Shown here piece after piece: positions 39,011 to 50,960 of a stretch of 64,000 nucleotides of DNA. The DNA comes from Camelus ferus. Lineage: Eukaryota. The position numbers and the translations under genes are program-made. Below the pieces are notes generated by a model. The model saw nothing but the letters and a program-made list of their open reading frames with translations. It had not been told where the DNA came from and did not search any database. Location: positions 80,230,001-80,294,000 of the forward strand of contig NC_045697.1 in the NCBI RefSeq assembly GCF_009834535.1, given 5' to 3'. Every line of letters starts with the position of its first letter. The first letter of the stretch is position 1.

Positions 39011-40723
39011 CATGCTCTTGGATTGGAAGAATCAATATTGTTAAAATGGTCATACTGCCCAAGGCAATCTACAGATTTAATGCAATCCCTATCCAATTAC
39101 CCAGGACATATTTCACAGAACGAGAACAAATCATAATAAAATTTATATGGAACCATCAAAGACCTAGAATTTCCAAAGCATTACTGAAGAGAAAGAAAGA
39201 GGCTGGAGGAATAACTCTCCCAGACTTCAGACAATACTATAGAGCTACAGTCATCAAGACAGCATGGTATTGGTACCAAAACAGACATATAGACCAATGG
39301 AACAGAATAGAGAGCCCAGAAATGAACCCACAAACTTTTGGTCAACTCATCTTCGACAAAGGAGGCAAGAATATACAATGGAATAAAGACAGTCTCTTCA
39401 GCAAATGGTGTTGGGAAAACTGGACAGCAGCATGTAAAACAATGAAGCTAGAACACTCCCTTACACCATATACAAAAATCAACTCAAAATGGATTAAAGA
39501 CTTAAACATAAGACAAGATACAATAAACCTCCTAGAGGAAAACATAGGCAAAACATTATCTGACATACATTTCAAAAATTTTCTCCTAGAAGAAATAAAA
39601 GCAAGAATAAACAAATGGGACCTAATGAAACTTACAAGCTTCTGCACAGCAAAGGAAACCAGAAGTAAAACAAGAAAACCTACGGAATGGGAGAAAATTT
39701 TTGCAAGTGAAATCGACAAAGGCTTGCTCTCCAGAATATATGAGCAGCTCATATGACTCAATAAGAAAAAAATAAACAACCCAATCCAAAAATGGGCAGA
39801 AGACCTAAACAAGCAATTCTCCAAGGAAGACATACAAATGATCAAAAAGCACATGAAAAAATGCTCAATATCACTAATTATCAGAGAAATGCAAATCAAA
39901 ACTACAATGAGGTATCACCTCACACCAGTCAGAATGGCCGTCATTCAAAAATCCACAAGTGACAAATGCTGGAGAGGCTGTGGAGAAAGGGGAACCCTCC
40001 TACACTGCTGGTGGGAATGCAGTTTGGTGCAGCCACTATGGAAAACAGTGTGGAGATTCCTCAAAAGACTAGGAATAGACTTACCATATGACCCAGGAAT
40101 CCCACTCCTGGGCTTGTATCCAGAAGGAAATCTACTTCAGGATGACATCTGCACCCCAATGTTCATAGCAGCAGTATTTACAATAGCCAAAAATGTCCAT
40201 CAACAGGTGACTGGATAAAGAAGATGTGGTATATTTATACAATGGAATACTACTCAGCCATAAAAACTGACAACATAATGCCATTTGCAGCAACATGGAT
40301 GCTCCTGGAGAATGTCATTCTAAGTGAAGTAAGCCAGAAAGAGAAAGAAAAATACCATATGAGATCGCTCATATGTGGAATCTAAAAAACAAAAACAAAC
40401 AAACAAACAAAAACAAAGCGTAAATACAGGACAGAAATAGACTCACAGACAGAGAATACAGACTTGTGGTTACCAGGGGGGTGGAGGGTGGGAAGGGATA
40501 GACTGGGATTTCAAAACTGTAGAACAGATAAACAAGATTACACTGTATAGCACAGGGAAATATACACAAAATGTTATGATAACTCACAGAGAAAAAAATG
40601 TGACAATGAGTGTGTATATGTCCATGAATGACTGAAAAATTGTGCTGAACACTGGAATTTGACACAACATTGTAAAATGATTATAAATCAATAAAAAATG
40701 TAAAAAAAAAAAAAAAAAAAAAA
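39011..40723 (+). mobile_element. Young 5'-truncated L1 (camelid-like): ORF2 C-terminal third, 3' UTR, poly(A)
   Basis: ORFs 38953-39756 and 39838-40218 are in the same frame and translate as L1 ORF2 ([12 protein letters not shown]...; CCHC knuckle [18 protein letters not shown]); AATAAA 40690-40695; pure A tail; perfect 13-bp TSD aagaaccaagcta (38998-39010 / 40724-40736). Confidence 0.97.
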
Positions 40724-41365
40724 AAGAACCAAGCTAAACTATGCCTCTCTCTTCCAATTCAGAATTGTTTGTTTTTTATACTGGTGACAAGGTTTTCAAC
40801 AGGATTGCTTTAAGTCATGGTTCATTACTTAACTGGTTCATGTTAGTTTAAAAACAAACACACAAAAACTCTTTTAGCTAGTTTTGCATATTTGGTAAGT
40901 ATTGATGGGGAAAAAGCAGTTAGATTTTATGATGTACTTTAAATATGATATCTTAAGCCAGAATTTTACTCAATCATTTAAAGAAAGACTTTTTCATAGA
41001 GATAAGAGAGAATTTAAAAGTATAAAGATATACTCAAACTGTTCTGTTTCTTCTTTTTTCCCCTAAGTATTTCCAAAAAAAAAAAAAGGCAAAAAAAGCT
41101 AATATTTTAACTGAGTTTAGGAGAAAATAAGAGTTGAAAGGCTATTTTCATGTCAACTTACATCTTCTAAGGAAGGGAAGAGTAATTTAAACAGGCTTGT
41201 CCTTGCCTTTCACAGAAAGCAACACTGAGCTACTAGTTTGCTACTATTGTTAGAAGATTTAACTACCACTTGCAATCAAATCCTTCAGTAAAATAGAGCT
41301 CATCTGAAGAATGAAAAATAATTTTTTAAAAGAACAATATCTTAGAAAATAAAAACTCCCTTCCT

Positions 41366-42159
41366 CAGAAACCCTCCTACACCATTGGTGGGAATGTAAA
41401 TCAGTAGAGCCACTATGGAAAACAGTCTGGAAGTTCTTTAAAAACTAAAATTAGGGTCACCATATGATCCAGCAATCTCACACCTGGGCATATGTCCGGA
41501 AAAGATGAAAACTCTAATTTGAAAAGATACATGCACCCCACCCCCCAATGTTCATATCAGCATTATTTACAACAGTCAGGATATGGAAGCAACCTAAGAG
41601 TCCATCAATAAATGAACGGATAAAGAAGATGTGGTTAAAAAGAAGAAGTAGTGAGATACACACACACATATACACACACACTATAGAACACTACTCAGCC
41701 ATGAAAAAGAATGAACTAATGCCATTTGCAGCAAGATGGATAGACCTAGAGATTATTCATATTAAATAAGTCAGACAGAAAAAGACAAAATAGTCTATGA
41801 TATCACCTATATGTGGAATCTAAAAAACAGTACAAATGAACCTATTTACAAAACAGAGATAGACTCACAGACATAGAAAACAAACATATGGTTACCAAAG
41901 GGGAAAGGCGGAGAAGAGGAATAAATTAGGAGTTTGGATTAACAGGTACATACTACCATATGTAAAACAGATTAAACAACAAAAATTTACTATGTAGCAC
42001 AGGGAACTATATTCAATATCTTGTAATAGCCTATAATGGAAAAGAATTTTTAAAAGAATATAAATATATACATATATATGTATAACCAAATCACTTTCCT
42101 GTATACCTGCTAACACAACATTGTAAGTCAACTATACTTCAATTAAAAAATTAAGATTA
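41366..42159 (+). mobile_element. Older cetartiodactyl-type L1 3' end
   Basis: ORF 41548-41769 resembles the ORF2 end (MFISALFTT..WKQPK); 3' UTR tagcacagggaactatattcaatatcttgtaata; imperfect TSD aaaaactc..tcct. Confidence 0.92.
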
Positions 42160-43324
42160 AAAAACTCTCTCCTATAAGCAGGGACTACCTCTTAATTTTA
42201 ACTATGGAAGAAATGGAAAAAAGCACACTATACAAATCAGGACGCAGGTCTGAGTTATGTGTACCAATCACTGACTTCCTCTTCCCTCTTAAATATGATG
42301 TAAGAAAAGGCTAGTTTAAAAACATGTGTTCCATTGACTATTTCTGAAGATAAGAGCTCTAAGAAGGAACTCTTCTGTGGGCAGGAAAGGCTACACAGGT
42401 GGTATACGATGGTTCTGGACACAATTCCTAGGATTGTTGCATCTTTTCCAGGTTGGGCAGCTCCTTTTCTCTGGAATTAGCACACCCATTTTTTAAAGTA
42501 ACATCATGTTCTCCCTTTTACTTCTCCTTAATCAAGTCCTCCCTTAGCATTTTGGAAATAGCCTGACATTTTTCAAATGGAACTTTATTAAAAAATAAAT
42601 AAAAATTTTTCATTAGAATATTTACTAAAAATACAATCACTTTAAAAAAGTCAACTTTCCAAATTATAGGCCTCCCAACCCCAGACTCCCAGTTGACGGC
42701 ACAAAAGAGCTTTTATTCAACAGTTTCTTATCCTTACAGACATTTACGGCCACATTTGAATGACACAGCTGCTTAAATACCTATTTGGTTTCATTCTCTC
42801 CTAAGTCCCAGGATCCACGATGAAAGATACTATCTTATTTTCCAAAACAAGAGAGTAATCTTCTGTTCATTTTGTTCTATTTTAAGGCCAAATACCATGA
42901 CCATAGTAATTAAACTTGTTTTCATTCACATTTCTTTGACACTTAGCCAATTTGAAAAGCAGCAGAGAATGGCATCTTTGATGCTCTAATGAATAATCTG
43001 ATGCCTTAGATTTGGTTCTTTAACTTTGGGGATATTCTATAATAACACTCCTCAGCTGTGACCTCTAAGGACATGGCTTATATGCACAATTGAATTTAAA
43101 AAGAAATGGTACTTTCATAGCATGTTCATTAATTTCTGTAACGTTTTATCAACAATTTTACCATACCATAAAGATAAAATAATGATAATAATAAAAAATG
43201 ATAAATTTAGTTTTATATCTTTTCTTAAATCTGGATATTACCTTCAGAGATTCAGAAAAATAATTAAAATCTAAAAATGACCTGATAACTTCTTCCTTTA
43301 GCTCTAATAGTTTAATACACTCTT

Positions 43325-43560
43325 TGCTGTGGTTAAGGGATCAGACTCAGAAGTAGGTCTGTTTGGGCTGAAATTCAGGTGTTAAAACTTACTATTGTGG
43401 CGCTGTAATTTACTTAACTTCATTAAGGCTTATCTGTAAAATGTTGATAACAGCAACCACTTCAGACTGTTATGAAGATTAAATGAAATTATGTATTCAA
43501 GGCACTGAGTGTACAGCTAGGACATATTAAGCACATAATTCAAGTTGGTTATCATTAATT
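43325..43560 (+). mobile_element. MIR SINE
   Basis: gtggttaaggg...ttacttaacttc...atctgtaaaatgttgataac...gttatgaagattaaatga. Confidence 0.7.
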
Positions 43561-44029
43561 CTTAAACCTATACTCCAATTTCTAGAAATAAAAGGTGATT
43601 TTTTTTTAAAACTCTTGTTTTAGTTTTAAAAATATATCAGTCAGCAAAAATTTAGTGTGAAAGTAGAGGTAAAACAGTTTCCTTACAAAGAGGTTAATTA
43701 ATTTTATTGAAAGAAGAAGCTACAATCAATCGCTACGACTCTGTTTTACCTTTCTGGACCTTAAGAACTTTTCAGAAAGGAAGAGAAAAAGAAAGGCCAA
43801 GGAAAGTGTTAAATTCTTACTTAGAAGGTATCTGATTTTTTTGAAAAGCTGTGAAATTTCCAGATGAAAACAGAGCTGACACAAACAGCCCAGACTTCTC
43901 TGTAAGCTTCCGCTTTCCCCATACCAGAGCCATGTATTTTAGGAACAAAAGAGGTGATAGTAACAAAAACTGGTGTTTGCCTATACTTATGAAGAACATG
44001 ATACGGCACTGGGTAATTTTCCTGTTCCT

Positions 44030-44520
44030 TATATAAAAACTGAAACTCACACTGGCTATATTAAGTAAAAGTAGATGTATAGGGAAAGAAAGTCAGAGAA
44101 GCCAATTTTAAGTTCAGGCAAGTCTCGGAGAAACCGGAAGGTCATATGCGTGCTCCTTTCACTCCTCTTCCCATGGAGACACATGGGCTCTTGCTCTGCT
44201 TTTCCACACATCTGCTCAAACCTCCCTCCTTAAACACTGGCTTCTTTTGGGTAATTCCTTGTTTTTTCAACCCCCTGTGACTCTCACTTGCCCAATGGCT
44301 TTCCAAGTGTGTATTCTGACTCCAGCCCCAAATCTTAAAGAACTTACAGTTTTAGCCTCTGTCCTGGTTCCTAGTTCAGGTTAACCTCCCTCCAGATGGG
44401 TGTCCACACCTAATCCAGTAAGCTGTGTCCACAAGGACAGAATCATGTGACGTGTGTGGTGGCCCATGCTGGGGTGTGGGTAGGATATGTCCTCCAAGAA
44501 CAGAACGAGGGTAGGATGGC
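44030..44520 (-). mobile_element. MaLR LTR (MLT1-like) remnant
   Basis: aaactcacactggctatattaagtaaaa start; ggtgtccacacctaatccagtaagctgtg...cagaatcatgtg. Confidence 0.5.
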
Positions 44521-47149
44521 AATTTGTATATAAACCATAAAACACAAAAAGCATTTAAAATCTAGGACACACACTTCCATTTAGGAGAGCGATCTCTATA
44601 ACCTGCATCTATCAAGTTATTATTTTCATATAGCAAAGCTCACCCTTTTTAGTGTGTAGGTCTATGAGTTGACACACACATATAGTCCTGTAAACATCAC
44701 ACGTGATTAAGACAGAGGTTTCCATCAACGTTTCTCGAAATTATTTAAGAATACTTCTTCACTTTAAAGAAACAAGCCAATTAGCAGCTATTTCTTAGAT
44801 GCTTTCATCAAAAAAAAAATTGTCTTTAAGGAATGACATAAAAATTGTATATATTGATACCAGGACTTGAGTGATTGGATCATATGTAAAAGAAAACAAA
44901 GGCTTTTTCCACTATAGCTTACTTCAGACCATTATTTAAATAATGAAGGCACTACCTTAAGCTAGGACTTGATGAAACACAAAGTGTAAGAGGTCCCCAG
45001 TCTTTAGGGATTGACAGAGTGCCTCTCAGGTAAAGGGTCTCTGCCGTACATCTAGCAGATACTTATTGTTATAAGTTTAGACAATGTCTGAATTTAGACC
45101 ACAGCTTGCTGACAAATATACACTGTCCCATGGCACTCTGCCAGTGGAGAGGTAGAAAAGCTTGGGAGATAATCAAAGGTCACAGCTTAATTTAACACCA
45201 CCACACACCGAATAGGAAGACAGGCATTCCTGACTGGGGCAGAGACAGTGTGTCCTCCAGTGACTGCTCAGCCCTTTAGCAGAGTCAAATCCTGCCTTTA
45301 AAAGGTGGGGCTCACCAAGTGGCTTAAAACAAGTCTCATCTTTCATCAAGGGCTTCTAATTTTAAATTGCTGCCACGCTAAATTTTATCTGAGTGTCTCC
45401 CTGAGTCTCCACCCAGTTTGTTCTGATGTAACACTGGTTTTAGATGAGAATTTCCCGGGACCGTGGATTCCAATCTGTATTGTTTAGCACACAGCTTGTG
45501 TGCAGCACAGAGCAACGAAAGTTGATTAAGAATTTGAATGAAAGTCTTATATATCCATTTCTTATTTATTTCATATAAGTATATATAAGTTAGTGTATAA
45601 AAATCCTAATCTCTATCAGTATCTCTGTGATAACAGAATCGGAGAGAGATTAAAAACAAAACTATTTCCTCAGAATCAAGTTAGAGGTCCTATTTAAACG
45701 TTACTTAGAAATGCACTGAGGTAGCAACCTGGACTCAGTTGGTAAAAACGGGTAATATCACGTTATGAAACTCAACTCCTCTAAAAGGTGCGGCAGAAGG
45801 GTTCCTCAGGATAACTTTGCTCAGAACTCACATGTCTCTGGTAGTACTGCCAGCGGGAAAAGTCAATTGATAATCACTGTTAAAGCACTTACAGTTTGGA
45901 ATGGGACCATTCAGGAGAAAATGAAATTTCCAGTTTTACTTGCTACAGCTAAACTTACATAAGACAAGGGTACGAGCGAAATGTACTCACAAAGACGTAG
46001 TTCACATAACCAGCAACCCATTCAATTTTTCCCCCATGTGTTACAGAATTCAGATTCCTACACACAGATTTAGCTCACGTAAGCATGTATTGTACTCCAA
46101 TAGTGGACAAACCTCCCAGTGGCTCAGTGTGCAGTGTAAGTAGATGGAAATGCCCGAATCGGGGCCACCACTGCTCTGCTGGTAAAGGCTACATGTGTCA
46201 TTACAGACTTGAAAAACCTCAACTACTCTTCCACAAAGCTAATCATCACGCTGGGCCATGGGAAAATCTGATTCTTCTGCTTGCATTGTAAGGCCCAATG
46301 GAATGCAGGAGTATAGGTGGGAATTTTAAGTATTTCCGGCAATCTTTCTCCATTGCCAGTACAGTGGAGTTCCGTATCTGTAGTGGGTCAGGAGGAGCTG
46401 CAATGTCTCATAGCTCAGGGGAATGTGTCTTCTGGGATCTTACACTCTCAGCAGCACAGTACAGTAAAACTGTACAAAACCTTACCAGGAATAAAATGTG
46501 GAAAATGAGGAGTAAGCTGGGAATCGTGGGGTTTTGAGGTGACTGCCAAAAGCAGAGTTAAAGAGGGGCACAATGAAGTGAGTTCAAATGGATTCAGAGC
46601 ACCTTGGCTGTGTGAACTGTAGGATGTGGGTAGGGGGTTCCTGGGCCTCCCTCTTCACCCCCAATCATGGCCGGCTCTTTGCTGGCAGGCCTCCTCTGGA
46701 CTCCAGATGCACGAGGTAGAAGGCCTCTTTGGCCAAACCAGGTTGTATATTGTCATCCAAATAAAATTCACATCAACTCTCAATCTGGCTCAAACTGATC
46801 TCTGATTCAAATTCTGTTGTGTGTGTGAAAATTTATACACACATAGCAATTAAGTATAGGTAATGTTTTTAATCCTCCAGTTGGGAAAAACTCTTTTTTT
46901 CAAACTCTCTGAGCTCAATTTACACATTTCTCATGGAATCTTTTTCTGTCCCACATTCTATACTATTGCATCGACTACCAAAATCACATGGTGAGCAATT
47001 TAACGCCAAGGAACATTGCCATTATCTTTGTGTTCTCTATAGCACCTAGCTCAGGAACATCACACGTTAGGTGTTCAATAAATATTTACTGACTCAATGA
47101 GGCAGATGCAATAGAAACTTTTCCTACACAGAGCTTAGACTTAAAATTA

Positions 47150-47372
47150 CAGATAACACTTACTAAGTGTGGACTCTGGCAAGTACTGTTCTGGAAGTTT
47201 TACATCAATCAAATCATTTGATTCTCACAGCAGTCCTAGAAGTTATATGTTACTGCTGTTTCTGTTTAACAACCAAGGAAACTGAGGCCCTGAGAGGTTA
47301 AGCAAATTGTTCAAAGTCAGACAGGATGTAAGTGGCAGAGCTGGGGGTTAAACCTAAACAAGTGGGTTTCAG
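47150..47372 (-). mobile_element. MIR SINE
   Basis: acttactaagtg...ggaaactgaggccctgagaggttaagcaaattgttcaaagtca...gtaagtggcagagctggg. Confidence 0.8.
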
Positions 47373-47384
47373 AATGAAGTCAGG

Positions 47385-48015
47385 AGTCAAGAATCAGGAA
47401 GGCTTCCTGTTTCCAGGCCACAGGAACTGCAGGGTGTCTTCTAGGCATCTCCCCATGAATCCACTCCTACAATTTTTAGTCTTTTAATTACCTGGCTCAG
47501 ATTTCAAATTCCAGAGAAGGGGGAGCACCTGACAGTCCCAGCTCAGGTCATGTGCCCACACCTTAAATAAAAGAGGACAGGACACCTTCTAGAATAGACC
47601 CACCAGGCTACATACAGTTGACCCTCTGTGTCCACAGATCTCGCATCTGCAAATTCAACCAATGAAGGGTAAAAAATATTCAGGAAAAAAAAATTCCAGA
47701 AAGCTCCATAAAGCAAATCTTGAATTTGCTGCTCACTGGCAACTATTTACATAGCATTTACATTGTATTAGGTATTATAATCACTCTAGAGATGATTTAA
47801 AATATACATAAGAATGGGCATAGGTTATATGCAAATACTGTGCCATTTTATATAAAGGGACTTCAGCATCCTTGGATTGTGGTATTCAAAGGTGGTCCTA
47901 GAACCAACCCACCGTGGACACTGAGGGACGACTATATAATGGGGAAGGGTTGGTCCCACAGTTAAATTGTGGTGCTTACCAAAAAAAGAACAGAATCGTT
48001 GCTGGGCAACAAATT
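47385..48015 (-). mobile_element. MaLR LTR (MLT1J/K-like) split by a Tigger insertion
   Basis: cccagctcaggtcatgtgcccacacct...caccaggctacata | aatggggaagggttggtccc...gtgcttacca...ttgctgggca. Confidence 0.6.
47615..47934. mobile_element. Tigger3a/MER2-type non-autonomous TcMar-Tigger transposon
   Basis: Imperfect TIRs cagttgaccctctgtgtccac / gtggacactgagggacgacta; TA on both sides (47613-47614, 47935-47936); internal gtattaggtattataa..ctagagatgatttaaa. Confidence 0.9.
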
Positions 48016-48561
48016 CAAAAAGTGTTCATGATTCCCATCTTTAATCTTAAAAAAAAAAAAATCCTCTATGTTTTTATCCATTTTTGCCTAATGAGCCCTT
48101 AAAACCAGTGATGGCCTTATTCACCACTCACAGACCCCTGCAGAGGCTGGAACCAGAGGCGGCATCACTCTCTACAGCTCTTTATCTGGGTCCCCTACTG
48201 GCCTGCTGTCTCTTCTCATCATCTCACTTTGGACCAGACATAACTAGGGACTTCAGAGCTTACAACAGTGACTTAGTTAAACATGATGTTTTCAAATCCT
48301 TAGTTAATAGCCTCCACCATTTTTTCATTCAAGGAGAGGAAATAATAAGTTAGAAATTTGACATATTTGTTGGTTAAATTATCTATAGATTAAAATAAGA
48401 CCAGGTGCTGCTTGAATTTCAAACTCAGAAACTGTGTAATAAATTTTAAAATTAACAAAAAGATTACATTCGGGTATAATCAACAAAGGAAATTTCAGGC
48501 TTGAAGTTGGACCTCTAAAGTGATTCTTTTCTAAGTCTCACTGGGTGTCCCTCCCCAGCCT

Positions 48562-48695
48562 TGTGTGCACATATGCACACACAAAGCATACATGTATACG
48601 ACTATATATACACATGTATAGATGCATACACATATACATATATACACACATATATGGATTCTCTTTGTATATGATTAAATATATATAGCATACAC
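48562..48695. repeat. Degenerate alternating purine-pyrimidine (TA/CA/TG)n tract
   Basis: tgtgtgcacatatgcacacac...catacacatatacatatatacacacatatatg. Confidence 0.8.
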
Positions 48696-49528
48696 TGGAT
48701 AATTCACAGGTATTACTTGATTTAATAAACTGTTTTGTTATTTTATACATATTTATTCTTTTTGACATTTTGAATCAGAAAGCCATGAGAGGAAAACTTT
48801 TTAAGCTGAAGTCCATAAAGTCATCTGAGTTTAATTTGATAATGACTGAACTAAATATGCAAGATTTAAAATGCCCAGTGTAATTCAGCATATACACTTT
48901 AATGATTAAAACTAAAAGCAGTTTAAAAATATTTAGTTCCTGTCCTGTTCTGCAAAGAGAACTTTTAAACTTGGCCTCCAGTATTAAATTAAATCATTGT
49001 GTTTAAGAAGAGAATGTTAACTAGCATGCAGAATCCTTGCTTCTATCTCCCAGACTACTGGTTTCTTCTCCAAAGGCATTTTTCCCTTTGGCTTAATTCT
49101 TTTCCACCTCCTCTCTTCATCTCCCTATTATAGATCTCTGGGTTTTATTTGGTTTTTTGTTTGTTGTTTTGCCTACTTGCATTTATTTCTCCTTTGTTAA
49201 CTGTACTCCTTTTTTATTTTAGTAAACTGGCTTGGCCATCATCCTTTTTCAGCTCCAAAGGCTACTGTGTTATTTCCTTAGAATAACTGGTTCAGGGATA
49301 GACAACACAACTCAATTTTAGTACAACTGCTGGAATTAAATGGAAAAAGAGGCTTTCCTTACAATAACACATTACTGTAAGAAATATCTAAGCCTGGAAT
49401 TCTAGGGGTCACCATTCTGGGAAAATGTGCCTGATAAAAAACCAGAAAAAAGCACAGAGGACCAACTGAACATGGGCCACTTTTGAGCCACATTTGAAAC
49501 TAGATTTACTTTTACATATTACTGTCAC

Positions 49529-50169
49529 TGTTAGAGCAGACAGATAGCTAGATATGAGCAGAGAAAGGGGGATGCAAGTCAAACAGCAGGAACAGGCAGA
49601 AAAAGGAGGGGCATGGAGCACATTCAGGAAACTATATATCATGTAAACAACAGGGGGCCCCGGGCAGAGAAAGAAAAGCAGGAACCTTTGGGCTGATAAA
49701 TGGTCACACACTGCGGGTTGACAAGTGGCCTGGAGGCAACTAAGAAAGGTGGGAAAAGGCAGGACTCTCCAGTGTCCAAATGTAACCTTTTGCTCATTAT
49801 GCCCTCATTTCAATAAAATTAGCCTTGCAGATTAGAAGTACCCACCATGCATCGACTCCATGACACTTCTGATCCAGACTAAATAAGGACAAAAATCCCT
49901 CCTCCCCTCAGGAAGGTGGAGTTGGGATGAAAATCAGGGAATACAACCCCAAACCCTTCCTTCCCCAGTGAACATTCCATCCATTCAGTTTTACACTCTG
50001 TATAACCAACTTGCCAAAGAAACTCAGGGGAGCTGCTCACCTGAGCCTGCCGTCTCTCCCCTTGAGAGTGTTCTATCTATCCCATAATAAATCCCCACTC
50101 TTTCTTAACCTCTGTGTCTCATCTCTGAATTCTTTCTGTGATGGTACAAGAACCTAATCACTGGCAACA
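49529..50169 (+). mobile_element. Complete solo ERV LTR (ERV1-class), 641 bp
   Basis: TGTT...AACA termini; 4-bp TSD tcac (49525-49528 / 50170-50173); TATAA 50001-50005; AATAAA 50086-50091; U5-like tctgaattctttctg...acaagaacc. Confidence 0.9.
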
Positions 50170-50734
50170 TCACCACTTTCCAGTGAAATTTCCCCCAATT
50201 CTATGTTACGGGTGTTTCTAGCTCCCAAGGCATTGTTCCTACTTCTCTTAACAAAATAACCCTAGGGTGTGAGGCTCAGCTCAATTACCTTTAACCAAAC
50301 ATCTTCTGAATACGCTCATTTGGATTTACTTCAAATTAGGTCCAACTTTCATAAACCTAAGGCTTTACCTCTGTATACCACAAATGAACCATTTCCAATA
50401 CTACTGATTGAGGGTCTGTAACATCCAGAAGCTTACAGAAAAGCCTCTTTTCCATGACACTTGCTAGTTATAGTAAGGATGGGATGAAACTGATATTCTG
50501 TCATCTTCATGTTCAGGGCAAGCGTTAAAAGAGTAAGTCCGTGGTGTGGGGGAGGGGTGCAAAAGGTAGACCGAGTTTGAATGAAAAATAACAGACTTCA
50601 AAAAGTCCCACGTTAACATTCAGATGGAAGAGGGAGAAGATAAAAACAAATCATGCAAAACCAAATGTGAGTACATGATACTCCACCATTTAAATTTTGT
50701 AAATAGCAATATTTCACATTGGTTCGTAGCACTG

Positions 50735-50960
50735 TCTTCAGTGTCAAGAAAATCTAAGTTTAAGTCCCAGCATGGCCATTTACTCTGTGACCTTGGATAA
50801 AGCAATTAACTTCTCCTGCTCCAAATTCCTCACCTGTAAAGAGGAAGTAAATAAAACTATACCTCACAGAGTTACTGTGCAGAAAAAAAAAATGAGACAT
50901 GTAATAATATGCTTGTCATAATTTGGGAAGGGGAGTTTGTAGTACTTGGCAAATGTTAGC
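50735..50960 (+). mobile_element. MIR SINE
   Basis: ctctgtgaccttggataaagcaattaacttctc...ttcctcacctgtaaa...tacctcacagagtt. Confidence 0.8.

Noticed and set aside
39181..39899. Antisense ORFs of 185 aa and 65 aa
   Set aside because: Typical shadow ORFs on the reverse strand of L1 ORF2.
38953..40218. 267-aa and 126-aa ORFs as host genes
   Set aside because: They are fragments of L1 ORF2 in a 5'-truncated copy; the first 20 residues come from flanking DNA with a TTG start.
45765..46537. Five overlapping short plus-strand ORFs
   Set aside because: No recognisable protein or coherent exon structure; explained by locally higher GC content.
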